Part shown: positions 10,967 to 24,100 of the stretch, piece by piece | Layout: every line of letters starts with the position of its first letter | How positions within the stretch are numbered: the stretch's first letter is position 1 | From: Macrostomum hystrix | Lineage: Eukaryota > Animalia > Platyhelminthes | Assembly: GCA_950097015.1 (NCBI GenBank) | Contig: CATNEN010000012.1 | Span: 2,418,001-2,482,000 of the forward strand | Length of the DNA stretch: 64,000 nt | Reading direction: 5' to 3' | Made by a program: the position numbers and the translations under genes | Notes under the pieces: generated by a model | Told to the model about the DNA's origin: nothing | Database searches by the model: none | The model's input: the letters and a program-made list of their open reading frames with translations, nothing else

Positions 10967-12121
10967 ATGGTAAAATTTGGCGTGTGTGGTTGGGTATCTT
11001 TTGAAAATAAAAGTTGAATTGAAGGACAAGGAAGCGCTCTACTCAATAAAGTTTGGTATTGAAACATCTTGAGTTTTACTTTGTTGCAATGAGATTACAT
11101 GTAATACATTCGCTCGTAAGCTAATAAAGGAAAGTCAATTGAAGATCGAGGCTCTTGCACTTCAAAACCAATACATAAAAAACATATTAACACATAGGCT
11201 AGGCCTCTTAATTCTCGTTATTTAACTCATGAGCTCATGTCCGTAAAGTATAAGAAGAGGTACAAAGGGAATCCAACAGAACAATTGTATATTACTAGAA
11301 CGATTCATAATATGAACAACGAACGGCTTTAGACAATTTATTTAAGTAAACTTAAAGTTTACTACTAAAGCCTAATAATTATTAGAATAGTTTTTGTTAC
11401 CTTCTTTACCTTACCTAAAAATTCAATAATTTTTTTTAAGTTTAAGTTTAATGTTAACGTTAGTTAAATCAAAGTAATAAAACTGGCGTTTTACGAAGTT
11501 CGAAGTTCTATGAATTTATAAAATATCCAACCACCCATCATTCAGTCAATGTGTTTATATAGATCTACGGTCTACCGAGTTTAGATATATTAGATTAACT
11601 TATATTAAAAAGCAACTTAGCAGCTAAATTTGATTCTCTAGTTTTTCGTATAATTTAGTGCGGGCCCCGTAAACCTATGACTACAAAGTAAGGAGAAAAA
11701 GTAAACTAAAGGAATAAGTAAAAATATCATAACGGTACTTTTCCATAGAATGAAAATTTTATTTTCTCTACTAGTTATCAATTTAATGCTCGGAGCCACA
11801 GGTAAAATGTTTATCTTTTCCCTTATGATCTGTATAAGCAACTTGCCTTGCCTATTGTGCACATTTCTGTGCTAGGCCTATGTCATTAAATAAATTAAAA
11901 GAATAAAATATTGACTTTATTTTACTATAACTAGTAGCTTGACTAGTTTTTGTACTATTTGAATTATGGAGCCTTTATTTCATGCATGCATTGTTTTTCT
12001 GATGTTTAATTTTTATATAGGCCCATCAAAGTTCTATGAATAATGCTATTAAACAAATAATAAAAGTTTTTTTAAATTATATAAACATTTATCATAAAAA
12101 TACACTTATAGTATTAAAAGA

Positions 12122-12801
12122 GGAAGTGCTTATTCCCACGGTCCCGTGCCGATAATTTCAATTTTATCCACACGGATATGTGCCGATAATTTTCTGCTTA
12201 TCTACACGGCAGCTTGTATGAATAGGTCTACTTTCAAGTCCCTACCTATTCTTCTCTGAGCATAAGGCTTATGCTTCCGAGTATAGTGTATAGTGTACAC
12301 TATCAATGCATAGTGTAAAAGAATAGCAATGATTTATAATGTGTGTGACGAGTTTGGTGCTGACTAGAATTCTACTGGTTGACTCGTATGATTTTCTTAG
12401 ATAGACTTCTTACTTTTTTAAGTCAATACTTTTCGAATGAAAACACGTAACGATGACAAAAGATTTAGTAAGTTGTTATTACAATAATTAATAAGGATGA
12501 CATTAATGTCGGTTAATCAATGTGTATGTCGAATGTAGAACACTGTCGTAACACACTGTCAACTTTGTCAATCTATTGGCTTGAGGGTTCAACAAAACGT
12601 TCAAACCCGAAAGGGCCTTGTTTTAAAGAACAGAACCTTGTGGATAAAATTGAAATTAACGGCACGGCATATTTATGTAAAGAGTTTTAGACTTAGCCTA
12701 TTCATACAAGCTGCCGTGTGGATAAGCAGAAAATTATCGGCACGGATCCGTGTGGATAAAATTGAAATTATCGGCACGGGACCGTGGGAATAAGCTCTGC
12801 C
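12122..12801. mobile_element. Mutator-like (MULE) MITE with ~105-bp TIRs
   Basis: 12128-12226 is the near-perfect inverse of 12697-12795. Termini GGAAGTGCTTATT / AATAAGCTCTGCC. 9-bp TSD ATTAAAAGA at 12113-12121 and 12802-12810. Confidence 0.92.
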
Positions 12802-12887
12802 ATTAAAAGAAGTGTTTTAGAATCCTATACTCTTACAGTTCTCATCCTTTTTCAAAATAGTCATTTTGTCTGCCAGCAGACAAAATG

Positions 12888-13534
12888 GTAACAGGACAAT
12901 TCGGTAACAGACAATTCGGTAACAGACAGTTCGGTAACACCACAGGACAGTTCGGTAACACCACAGGACAGTTCGGTAACATATCAAGGGACAGTTCCGT
13001 AACAATTGATTAAACTGGATCGGAAGGGTTTTTTGCGAAATTATTTTATGTTTAGTTTGGTAAAGTTACAAAGTAAAGTCAATAGCACTTCGAACCATAT
13101 TTAGCTTTTCGAAATATGAGTATGAGGTTGCATTTTGCATGTTACATATTTCACATTTGGGCGTCAAATAGCGACAATGTACCGTCATCAAGTCATTCAT
13201 ACAGTCATCAAGTGAGGCCAAATTTTGTGTGATCACACAATTTGCACTAATTTTTCATCCCTTTGTACATCCCTTTGAACAAGCCTTTACCCTACTTGCA
13301 CACTCTAAATGACGTGTCAGTTTCAGATACATCAGTAACATCAGTCAGTTGTGTCCTAGCAACGATAGTAGATACATTGTTAGAAAAAACCTAGATTGAT
13401 TTTATTGACTTTCAATTGTTACCGAACTGTCCCCGGTGTGTTACCGAACTGTCTCCTGTATGTTACCGAACTGTCCTTGAGTGTTACCGAACTGTCTGTT
13501 ACCGAACTGTCTGTTACCGAACTGTCCTGTATTC
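12888..13534. mobile_element. Mutator-like/foldback MITE with inverted subterminal arrays of cagttcggtaac
   Basis: Left arm has repeated gacagttcggtaac and right arm repeated gttaccgaactgtc; flanked by the 9-bp direct repeat GACAAAATG (12879-12887 and 13535-13543). Confidence 0.82.
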
Positions 13535-14382
13535 GACAAAATGACCATGTATCCATCAAAGCTACATTATAAAAATAATACCCTTTGTTAGCAGCTATAT
13601 AGCTTAAGCTAGTAGTTATGGCAAAAAACATAATAATTTGAATTGTCATAATCCAGATGTAGACTTGATAGACCCAATGTCAGTTTCAGGAGATTTCTGA
13701 ATCTGAATAGTAGTATCTATAAACAAGAATCTTTCTTCTTGTCTAAGGTTTGGTAAGAACATTTAATTAAGTTAGGCCTAGAAGAATTATATGGTTTATT
13801 GCATAGTTGAAACAGCAAAGCTACTGAATAAATCTGATATTACAGATTATGTATAATATATTTTTAATCTTTATACATTTACAAATTCATTAAAAAAATT
13901 ATCATTTGATTTTCAACAAAATTAAACTGAGAAGTACTTAATGGATACAGCAAAGCTAGAACTAAGACACAATAGGCTATATTGAAGTTTTTACTTTTGC
14001 CAAAATGGGTTGGGTCGTTGCCAGTATCAACAGAAGGGGGACAGTTTGTTTCCTTGTGCAATGTACCTTATTTGTTATTTTAATTTATTTAGTTGTGCTA
14101 GCATCAGCTTGTAATAATCCTTTGGGTTGGTACCACAGCATCGCAGTCAATTGACTGAACAGAAGTTGTACACAGCACTTTATAGATGTGGCTGTGCCAC
14201 TGACAGCAGTTCAATTTGTTTAGGTATGAGTTCTAAAATTTAGGTATAAGTTTTAAAATATTTTAGTTAAGAATAGGGAAAAAATCATTTGATTATCTAA
14301 AGTATAGAAATCAACTAAGCAAATTTGAATTAATTTAGTTTTTGTCTGTGTTCATCTTCTCTTATTATCTGCCCCTTAACAG

Positions 14383-17300
14383 CACTGTTATCGGCAGCCT
14401 CTGAATTCCAATGGAACCAGTTGGAACCTGTAAACATCAGCACTGCCAGCTTGTCTCCACCTGGCACAGTTGTCCTAGCAACGCCAGCTGGGCCGCCCAG
14501 CGACACCGCCTTTCTGCAGCTGCAGGCCCACCTGCCACCAGACCAGCGAGCCGACTTAACAATCTCCCTGTCCACAAGGCCGGATTTTCATCCCATGTAC
14601 ACCACCACTGGTCGCCAGACTGGCCTAGTGTCTCTAAATGCCAGTATAACCAGCTGGTATATTAGAGCCGAAAATCTCACCTGGGAGACGGTCACAGTCT
14701 GGATTTTGTTCGCCGCAAAGTCTTGGGAGGAGCCACTGCCTGGTGGCTGCGATCTTACCTCCCCTGTGCCCAATCCCCCCGTGCTGTCCGCTAGCCATCT
14801 AATCGCCGATGGAATCGCTTGGCGTCTTAGTTACGCTTTAGCTGGCGAATTTCGCGAAGCTAAACGCGTCAAGGAGTCTTGCAATGATAGTCTAATGCGC
14901 GGCAATCTGCGGTACAGACTTTACGCTCTGACGCTGAAGTCTTCCAGTCTGAACGACTGGCTGATTGGACTGCGTCGCATGACCACCGGTCAGCAGGCCA
15001 TAGTCTATGGCTGGCAGATAGCTATAGACGGCGAGGATGAGCGCATGCCAAAATACACAAAATTTGATGTTGGCGCTAGGCCTGGAGCACCGGTGATCTA
15101 TACTGTGGTGGTGGAACGCACGGATACCGGCCAATTTAGCGCCTACGTGCCAGTCACGCTGGACGAGTGTCGGCGCAGCACTGGCTTTGAGTGCGTTGTC
15201 GCCACCAGTGAGTACATTTTCACACTGCTCACCGAGAGATCCCTACTCACCGCAATCCCTACTCACTAGAATCTGTAGCAACCGAAATTCCTACTTACCA
15301 AGATCACTACCTGCTGAGATCCCTCCCTCCCTACCTACCTACTCACAGAGATCCCTACTGACCGAGATCCCTACTCACCGAGATCCCTACTCACCGAGAT
15401 CCCAGCTCACCGAGATCCCAGCTCACCGAGATCCCTACTCACAGAGATCCCTACTCACCGAGATCTCTGCTCACCGAGAGATCCCTACTCACTAGAATCC
15501 GTAGCAACCGAAATTCCTACTTACCAAGATCACTAACTGCTGAGATCCCTACCTATTGAGATCCCTACTCACAGAGATCCCTACTCACCGAGATCCCTAC
15601 TCACCGAGATCCCAGCTCACCGAGATCCCTACTCACCGAGATCCCTACTCACCGAGATCCCTACTCACAGAGATCCCTACTCACAGAGATCCCTACTCAC
15701 CGAGATCCCAGCTCACCGAGATCCCTACTCACCGAGATCCCTACTCACCGAGATCCCTACTCACAGAGATCCCTACTCACCGAGATCCCTACTCACCGAG
15801 ATCCCTACTCACCGAGATCCCTACTCACAGAGATCCCTACTCACAGAGATCCCTACTCACAGAGATCCCTGCTCACCGAGATCCCTACTCACCGAGATCC
15901 CAGCTCACCGAGATCCCTACTCACCGAGATCCCTACTCACCGAGATCCCTACTCACAGAGATCCCTACTCACCGAGATCCCTACTCACCGAGATCCCTAC
16001 TCACAGAGATCCCTACTCACCGAGATCCCAGCTCACCGAGATCCCTACTCACCGAGATCCCTACTCACAGAGATCCCTACTTACAGAGATCCCTGCTCAC
16101 CGAGAGATCCCTACTCACTAGAATCCGTAGCAACCGAAATTCCTACTTACTGAAACCACTTCCCACCGAAATCCCTGAATCTTTGAAAACTTTGAAATGG
16201 TCTATCCCAACTGGGTTGAAATCCTAAAATTGAAAAAAAATCCATGCCTACTTTGTTTTTTCGTGCTAGTACTTTAGAATTTAGTAATTTTTTGTAAATA
16301 TACATTATGAAGACCAAGTGTTCATCCACAACTAAGTGTGCTTGTTAGATCTCTAATTTGTTATTTTGTCAATTGTTTTCCTTGTCTGATAAAATTTCAG
16401 CTTTCGAATGGCGAGTGGTCACCACTGTTGCGGCAATCCTTGGCCTGTACTTCTGCACAATTGCATTTCGCTGCTTTTCGCTTAGTAAGTCAGTGTATTT
16501 TACAATTAAATCCTGGCCGTGACTTCAAAGCACGCTTCTGTACTTGTTCTTGTGGTGCGCTGACAGGCACTGAAGTACTATTGCATTCGAGTTTTCATGC
16601 AAACCGTCTGTGCTCTGATCAGATTTGGGTGTGTCTTAGATAATGCTCCGAATACTTTTATTTAGTCGTAGGGAAACAATCAGAGGTAAATAAAACAATC
16701 AGATTTTTCCTTAACAAAATGAGAAATTAAAAAAGTTGGGTCAATCTATAAAATCGGAACTGGAATATGGGACTGATCCATAAAACCGGAAGTGGGATAT
16801 GGGACTAATCCATACACCCAGAAGTGGGATATGACTTACCCTGTAAAAAATTCGGCTGCTTCTTCGGCGGGTTTTTTGTGCAAAATAGGAGTGGAATCTA
16901 CCAAAATCCCCCCTATCTCGCAAGAGTTAAAGAAACCACCAAGGAAGCAGCCGATGTAACCGTAAATTGTGCGGAAACCGCCGAATAATCACCCGAACCA
17001 GTGGCCCATGGGACAACCAGAGAATTATTTACGGGCGATTCCTCGGCGGTTTCTGAGCATGGAATCTTCCAAACTGGAAGATTCTTTGGGTGATTCCATT
17101 TCGCCACCAAGAAGCACCGAGAAAACGCCCAGTTGGGTAGATTCTAAGCATGAAATCATCCGATTGGTATGTTTCCAGCGTTCGGCTGTTTCTTTTTCTC
17201 GAAACACCGCAGATTACAACTGGAATCACCCAAAGAAACATCCCTTTTTTAGCGGGTAACCATGGTGATTGACATGGTCCAGACAATCTATAGTTATGCT

Positions 17301-18997
17301 TTCAATCGAAAGAAATATGAATAGACAACATTGTAAGCTAGGACAGCTAATTACCTGAGTCAAATCCTCTGCTCATTAATTGCAGGCGTGCTACTCTGCG
17401 GCCTGTCAGCCGGTGCTCTATTCACCCTGCCTGGCACTCTGCGCGCACTGCCCACCGAGTCGGTCTGGCTTGCCTATCTGCTTGGCGCCGGGGTTGGCGG
17501 CCTGGTGATCGGCATAGCGGCACTGATCATTTGGGTGCGCTGCCGATCCACCGGCCTGGGCTTGCTTTTCATTCACCTGCCTGGCTCCTATTTATTGACC
17601 TGCGCCGCTTTCGCCAGTCCACTCGGCCAGCTGTGGTGGATAATGCGAGAGGAGTACATAATGTTCATGTCGCTGGCTGTCATTGTCCTGCTTAGCCTGC
17701 TGCTGCTGCTGCTGTTTACCAATGCGGTGAGTGCAGGCGAAAATTTGATTACGACTCGGCAAAGTTATTAATAATATAATAATAATTGACACTAGACCCA
17801 AGGGCCAGTGCAGGTGTTGTGTGTCAGGCACACTAGCAGGTGGGGACTGCACACCTATTGTACTCCCCGGCTCTCTCGGACACCGGTTGACAGCCGCGTG
17901 TCAGCAATGGAATTTATTTTTCCAAACATATCGGCAGCATCCACACCCCACAGAATTGCCGCACAGAACTGCTTTATTCCACGCCAGCCGGAATTATTAT
18001 TACCCGACGAAATGTCGGTACTCATTTGCAGCTGAGTAGACTGTGTGCACATCAGGGCAAAGCAGCTTGCCAAAGGCTGCACGAATAGTTCTAGACTAGG
18101 TCGGGAGTCGAACCCAGGACCTTCTGATCCAGAGTCCGACACCTTACTGACTGAGCTATCCGCAAAGTTATTGCCTGAAAACAGAAGCTAGGGTAAATTA
18201 TTAGGTTAAGTTATAGCCTATATGTATCGAAATACATGTTGCTATTGTACAAATTAGTAAGTATTATAGAGGCACATAGAAAGAGAGAGATTCGATAGAA
18301 AAAATTGGCTATATTTATCGAAATAAGAATACAAATCTGGTTCTATGGACACGTTGCCGGATTTGAATCAACGGCGAGCCTATATGTATCGAAATAAACA
18401 TATCAATGGTAGTTTAAGCCTCAAATAATTGCAACTCCAGGGCGGCATATTCTCATTGTCGTTGCTGGGCGCATTCGTCGTGTGCCTCTGCGTGTCAGCC
18501 AACTTGCTGGAAGGCTCCGTGTTTCCCTACATCTTTCTGGATCTGTTTAGGCGCACAGCCTACAAGGATTACAATAAAGTACATCTGGCCTTCGAGTTGA
18601 GGCACAGTGTCGGTGAGTATTTTTTCCAGTAAATAATAGGTCAGCTATGTGCTAAATAGTAGTTGCTATGAGCTTACTTGCTGGCTAGTCGCTGAATACT
18701 AAAAAACCAAAACACCTTGCAGACTGGATCCTGCTGGTGTCCTTGCTAGCAGCGGTGCCAGTCTGCTGCCTGCTGCAGTACTGCTGCAACCGCGGCAGCC
18801 TCGACCCGGCTAGTCGCGCCAATCACCGACGCCGAGCTCGCCTCGACCGGGACACCAGCGAGAGCTTCGGCTACGCGCCCAACGAGTCAACCAATGTCTC
18901 CGCCGGGGCCAATGAGCGAACGCCGCTATTAGTATCTGGCGGCCGCGCTGAAGTTAATAGGCACCGAGTATCACCGCCGCCCTATTCGGCAGCCTAG
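14383..18997 (+). CDS. TM7SF3: TM7SF3-like multipass membrane protein; exons (14383?)-15207, 16401-16484, 17386-17726, 18441-18612, 18723-18997; start codon exon unresolved
   Basis: EPLPGGCDL, VIYTVVV...SAYVP and FLQLQAH resemble the TM7SF3 ectodomain as I recall it. The downstream exons are hydrophobic TM segments. All junctions are GT-AG with compatible phases (1,1,0,1). Confidence 0.8.
15234..16135. repeat. 16-bp minisatellite (accgagatccctactc) in TM7SF3 intron
   Basis: About 45 units, interrupted three times by a tagaatc(c/t)gtagcaaccgaaattcctacttac cassette. Confidence 0.95.
16839..17256. mobile_element. Putative non-autonomous DNA transposon with short imperfect TIRs, in TM7SF3 intron
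   Basis: ta|ccctgtaaaaaa ... ttttttagcggg|ta; possible TA TSD; internal repeated ggaatc/gattcc motifs. No second copy in the window. Confidence 0.45.
17767..18163 (-). mobile_element. tRNA(Arg-like)-headed CORE-like SINE, family C, antisense in TM7SF3 intron
   Basis: Reverse complement GCGGATAGCTCAGTCAGTAAGGTGTCGGACTCTGGATCAGAAGGTCCTGGGTTCGACTCC, then cctttggcaagctgctttgccc...actcagctgcaaatgagtacc, and an (att)n-like tail. Confidence 0.85.
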
Positions 18998-19937
18998 GCC
19001 ACATCAAACTAATGGTCGTTTGAAACGTGCACAATGTGTCCCTGAGCGGCTGTAGCCGAGTTATCTGTTAATTGGGTGGTTTGTTGGTGTCCTGTCACTT
19101 CGATTAATTGAGCGATCTAGTTCAACTAAAAAATGCGGAAAAGAAATAACATTGCAATAATTTCATTTATTTTTTCTCCTAGTGAGAAAGTCTGATGATT
19201 ACATATTTTTTCTAACCCAAGTGCCATTCGTCATTTTTATCGTATTTAGTGCTACCTTCATGACCTCGTCAATACCAAAAATATTTTCTGTTTTAGAAAA
19301 ATAATTCGATTTGCAATCAACTATGAAAAGTTGACTATTTTTCAAGTCAATTTTATCGTCAATTAACTTACTGCTTTACTACATGCGAACCTTTTTATTG
19401 ACATAAACAATTCTAAGTTCGAAGAATACGAGAAACTTTTGTTGTCTAGTTTTTCTCTACCAATAAACGGTGCTAAACTTTTGTGATTCAAACGTCATAC
19501 GTGCATTCTTTATGCGAAGCTTTTTCTACTTTTATCCACTAATAGCCAATGCGAACAAGACAAGAGGAGCAAGTTTTCTACCTTCCGTTAAAAAAAATTA
19601 ATTTATAATTTATGCTCTGGTGCTCTGTAAAATTCAAATGTTTTAACTTTCACTATTGTATTCATTTTTCTTTTATTTCGTGCTTCTGCACTTTTTAATG
19701 TACAATAAATTGAAGATGAAAAATGATTTTGGCACGAAAAACCTTTTTATTGAAGCGAGTGAATATGTATGTTTGGAAACTTTTTATACCATGTGTATAT
19801 TGAGTCCCTAATTGAAGTAAATTATTAGTTTTATTAAACTACTATTAGTAGCTTATTATTATTTTTTGCATGTGTTGTTTCATTTCAGTCAAAAACCGAC
19901 AGAATATCGTCTAAATTTGACATTATCAGTCAAGACA

Positions 19938-20825
19938 ATGCCGCCCTCGCCACACCCACCTCCGCCGCCGCCGCCACCACCGCCACCACCAGTTCGACGC
20001 CAGTCACTTCGACACTGCCGACCTCCGCTTCCTCCGCCGGTGCCGGCGCACTCTACTAGTTTCAATGGAAACAATACCGTTGCTAATGACAACAATGACG
20101 TCTCTGGCGACGTCATCCTGAGCAGCCGGGGCACTGTGCGCGGTCATCGGCGTCGAGTTCGCGACAGCCTTCAAGCGTTGGAGCGTCGCGTAGCCGACGA
20201 CAATGACTGCGTAGCGATTCCACCAGACCTGCCAACAAGCGGAGTTGTCCTGTACAGCACCAGCCTGTCAGTTGTGCGGCCAACATTCGAGGCCTGCCAG
20301 GCCGTGAGGCGCATTCTTCAAACTCACCGAATCGACTTCCAGGAGCGCAACCTGCTGTTTAATAAGGCCTGGCAGGCCGCCTGCGTTAGCCAACCGCCGC
20401 CTCTGCTGTTTATTAACGGCGCACTTATCGGCGGCCTGATGCAAGTTGAACAGCTGAATGACAGCGGCGAGCTGGCCAGACTGCTAGCCGGCCAGCCGAG
20501 ACTGCCGCTTGGTCGGCCGGCTGTCGGCCCGGCCGCCTGCGCCGGCTGCGGCGGCCTTCGCCACATTGTCTGTCCGGCCTGCCGAGGCTCGCGCGCTCAG
20601 CGGATCAGCGCCAACTATCGGCTGAGATGCACCGCCTGCGATGCCACCGGACTTGCCGCCTGCCAGCTGTGCTCAGCTAGCGGAGTGGCTGAGCCTGCCA
20701 ACAGTGGCAGCATGGCAGCTATGTTGCCGAGGACTCGCGGTGCTCCAAGTCGAAGGACTTCATCGGCTGGCGGCGGCGCCTCTGCCAGACGTACGGCTTC
20801 GTCCGGAAATTATCTAATGTGCTAA
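19938..20825 (+). CDS. Glutaredoxin and cysteine-rich domain protein (GRXCR1-like) with N-terminal polyproline, ~295 aa
   Basis: RGTVRG motif, GVVLYSTSLSVVRPTFEAC, PPPLLFINGALIGG and four C-terminal CxxC pairs (CAGC, CPAC, CTAC, CQLC). First in-frame ATG at 19938; an upstream exon via the acceptor at ~19888 is possible. Confidence 0.9.
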   Translation: MPPSPHPPPPPPPPPPPPVRRQSLRHCRPPLPPPVPAHSTSFNGNNTVANDNNDVSGDVILSSRGTVRGHRRRVRDSLQALERRVADDNDCVAIPPDLPTSGVVLYSTSLSVVRPTFEACQAVRRILQTHRIDFQERNLLFNKAWQAACVSQPPPLLFINGALIGGLMQVEQLNDSGELARLLAGQPRLPLGRPAVGPAACAGCGGLRHIVCPACRGSRAQRISANYRLRCTACDATGLAACQLCSASGVAEPANSGSMAAMLPRTRGAPSRRTSSAGGGASARRTASSGNYLMC

Positions 20826-21175
20826 GAGGTGTCTAATTCTTCTTGCCGTCTACTTAACTCTGTCGAGATATTGATTATTGAGATACAGATTTTTATTAAA
20901 ACTTTATTTTGTGCCAAAAACACGAGAAGATTTAGTTTTTATGTGATAGCTAAATTGATTGCTCTCTCATACACAATTAGGCTGTCATTTCTAGCCTGTT
21001 ATGTATATGAATTGCAATTCAATAATTGTCTATATTGAAAGCGAATAACCTGGTATTTTTCACACTGTGTTATATGCAATCGTTTTTTATGTTCTGCGTC
21101 TAGATATTACACAGTCACCCAGTTTTTCCGGTATATAGCTTTTTTATTCGATTTGATTGTTGCATACTACACTGG

Positions 21176-24100
21176 ATAAGATGCGGCTGACTCCCCTATT
21201 GACCCCGCAAGATGCGGCTGACTCCCCTATTGACCCCGCAAGATGAGGCTGACTCCCTATTGACCCCGCAAGATGAGGCTGACTCCCTATTGACCCCGCA
21301 CAAGATGAGGCTGACTCCCCTATTGACCCCGCAAGATGAGGCTGACTCCCCTATTGACCCCGCAAGATGAGGCTGACTCCCTATTGACCCCGCAAGATGA
21401 GGCTGACTCCCTATTGACCCCGCACAAGATGAGGCTGACTCCCCTATTGACCCCGCACAAGATGAGGCTGACTCCCCTATTGACCCCGCAAGATGAGGCT
21501 GACTCCCTATTGACCCCGCAAGATGAGGCTGACTCCCTATTGACCCCGCACAAGATGAGGCTGACTCCCTATTGACCCCGCACAAGATGAGGCTGACTCC
21601 CCTATTGACCCCGCACAAGATGAGGCTGACTCCCCTATTGACCCTGCACAAGATGAGGCTGACTCCCCTATTGACCCCGCACAAGATGAGGCTGACTCCC
21701 TATTGACCCCGCACAAGATGAGGCTTACTCCCTATTGACCCCGCACAAGATGATGCTGACTCCCTATTGACCCCGCACAAGATGATGCTGACTCCCTATT
21801 GACCCCGCACAAGATGAGGCTGACTCCCTATTGACCCCGCACAAGATGATGCTGACTCCCTACTGACCCCGCACAAGATGCGGCTGACTCCCCTATTGAC
21901 CCCGCACAAGATAAGGCTGACCCCCTATTGACCCCGCAAGATGAGGCTGACTCCCTATTGACCCCGCACAAGATGAGGCTGACTCCCTATTGACCCCGCA
22001 CAAGATGAGGCTGACTCCCCTATTGACCCCGCACAAGATGAGGCTGACTCCCCTATTGACCCCGCAAGATGAGGCTGACTCCCTATTGACCCCGCACAAG
22101 ATGAGGCTGACTCCCTATTGACCCCGCACAAGATGAGGCTGACTCCCCTATTGACCCCGCACAAGATGAGGCTGACTCCCCTATTGACCCTGCACAAGAT
22201 GAGGCTGACTCCCCTATTGACCCCGCACAAGATGAGGCTGACTCCCTATTGACCCCGCACAAGATGAGGCTTACTCCCTATTGACCCAGCACAAGATGAT
22301 GCTGACTCCCTATGACCCCGCACAAGATGATGCTGACTCCCTATTGACCCCGCACAAGATGAGGCTGACTCCCTATTGACCCCGCACAAGATGATGCTGA
22401 CTCCCTACTGACCCCGCACAAGATGCGGCTGACTCCCCTATTGACCCCGCACAAGATAAGGCTGACCCCCTATTGACCCCGCACAAGATGAGGCTGACTC
22501 CCTATTGACCCCGCACAAGATGAGGCTGACTCCCTATTGACCCCGCAAGATGAGGCTGACTCCCTACTGACCCCGCACAAGATGATGCTGACTCCCTATT
22601 GACCCCGCACAAGATGATGCTGACTCCCTATTGACCCCGCACAAGATGAGGCTGACTCCCTATTGACCCCGCACAAGATGAGGCTGACTCCCTATTGACC
22701 CCGCACAAGATGAGGCTTACTCCCTATTGACCCCGCACAAGATGAGGCTGACTCCCTACTGACCCCGCACAAGATGATGCTGACTCCCTATTGACCCCGC
22801 ACAAGATGAGGCTTACTCCCCTATTGACCCCGCACAAGATGCAGTTGACTCCCCTATTGACCCCGCACAAGATGAGGCTTACTCCCTATTGACCCCGCAC
22901 AAGATGAGGCTGACTCCCTATTGACCCCGCACAAGATGAGGCTGACTCCCTATTGACCCCGCACAAGATGAGGCTGACTCCCCTATTGACCCCGCAAGAT
23001 GAGGCTGACTCCCTATTGACCCCGCAAGATGAGGCTGACTCCCTATTGACCCCCGCACAAGATGATGCTGACTCCCTATTGACCCCGCACAATATGAGGC
23101 TGACTCCCCTATTGACCCCGCAAGATGAGGCTGACTCCCTATTGACCCCGCAAGATGAGGCTGACTCCCTATTGACCCCGCACAAGATGATGCTGACTCC
23201 CTATTGACCCCGCACAAGATGAGGCTGACTCCCCTATTGACCCCGCACAAGATGAGGCTGACTCCCTATTGACCCCGCACAAGATGAGGCTGACTCCCCT
23301 ATTGACCCCGCAAGATGAGGCTGACTCCCTATTGACCCCGCAAGATGAGGCTGACTCCCTATTGACCCCGCACAAGATGAGGCTGACTCCCCTATTGACC
23401 CCGCACAAGATGAGGCTGACTCCACTATTGACCCCGCAAGATGAGGCTGACTCCCTATTGACCCCGCAAGATGAGGCTGACTCCCCTATTGACCCCGCAA
23501 GATGAGGCTGACTCCCTATTGACCCCGCAAGATGAGGCTGACTCCCTATTGACCCCGCACAAGATGATGCTGACTCCCTATTGACCCCGCACAAGATGAG
23601 GCTGACTCCCCTATTGACCCCGCACAAGATGAGGCTGACTCCCTATTGACCCCGCACAAGATGATGCTGACTCCCTATTGACCCCGCACAAGATGAGGCT
23701 GACTCCCCTATTGACCCCGCACAAGATAAGGCTTACTGCCTATTGACCCCGCACAAGATGATGCTGACTCCCTATTGACCCCGCACAAGATGAGGCTGAC
23801 TCCCTATTGACCCCGCACAAGATGAGGCTGACTCCCCTATTGACCCCGCACAAGATGAGGCTGACTCCCTATTGACCCCGCACAAGATGAGGCTGACTCC
23901 CTATTGACCCCGCACAAGATGAGGCTGACTCCCTATTGACCCCGCACAAGATGATGCTGACTCCCTATTGACCCCGCACAAGATGAGGCTGACTCCCCTA
24001 TTGACCCCGCACAAGATGATGCTGACTCCCTATTGACCCCGCACAAGATGAGGCTGACTCCCCTATTGACCCCGCACAAGATAAGGCTTACTGCCTATTG

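Noticed and set aside
18090-18163. Intact tRNA gene
   Set aside because: The acceptor stem does not close and the sequence continues into a CORE-like body and tail, so it is a SINE head.
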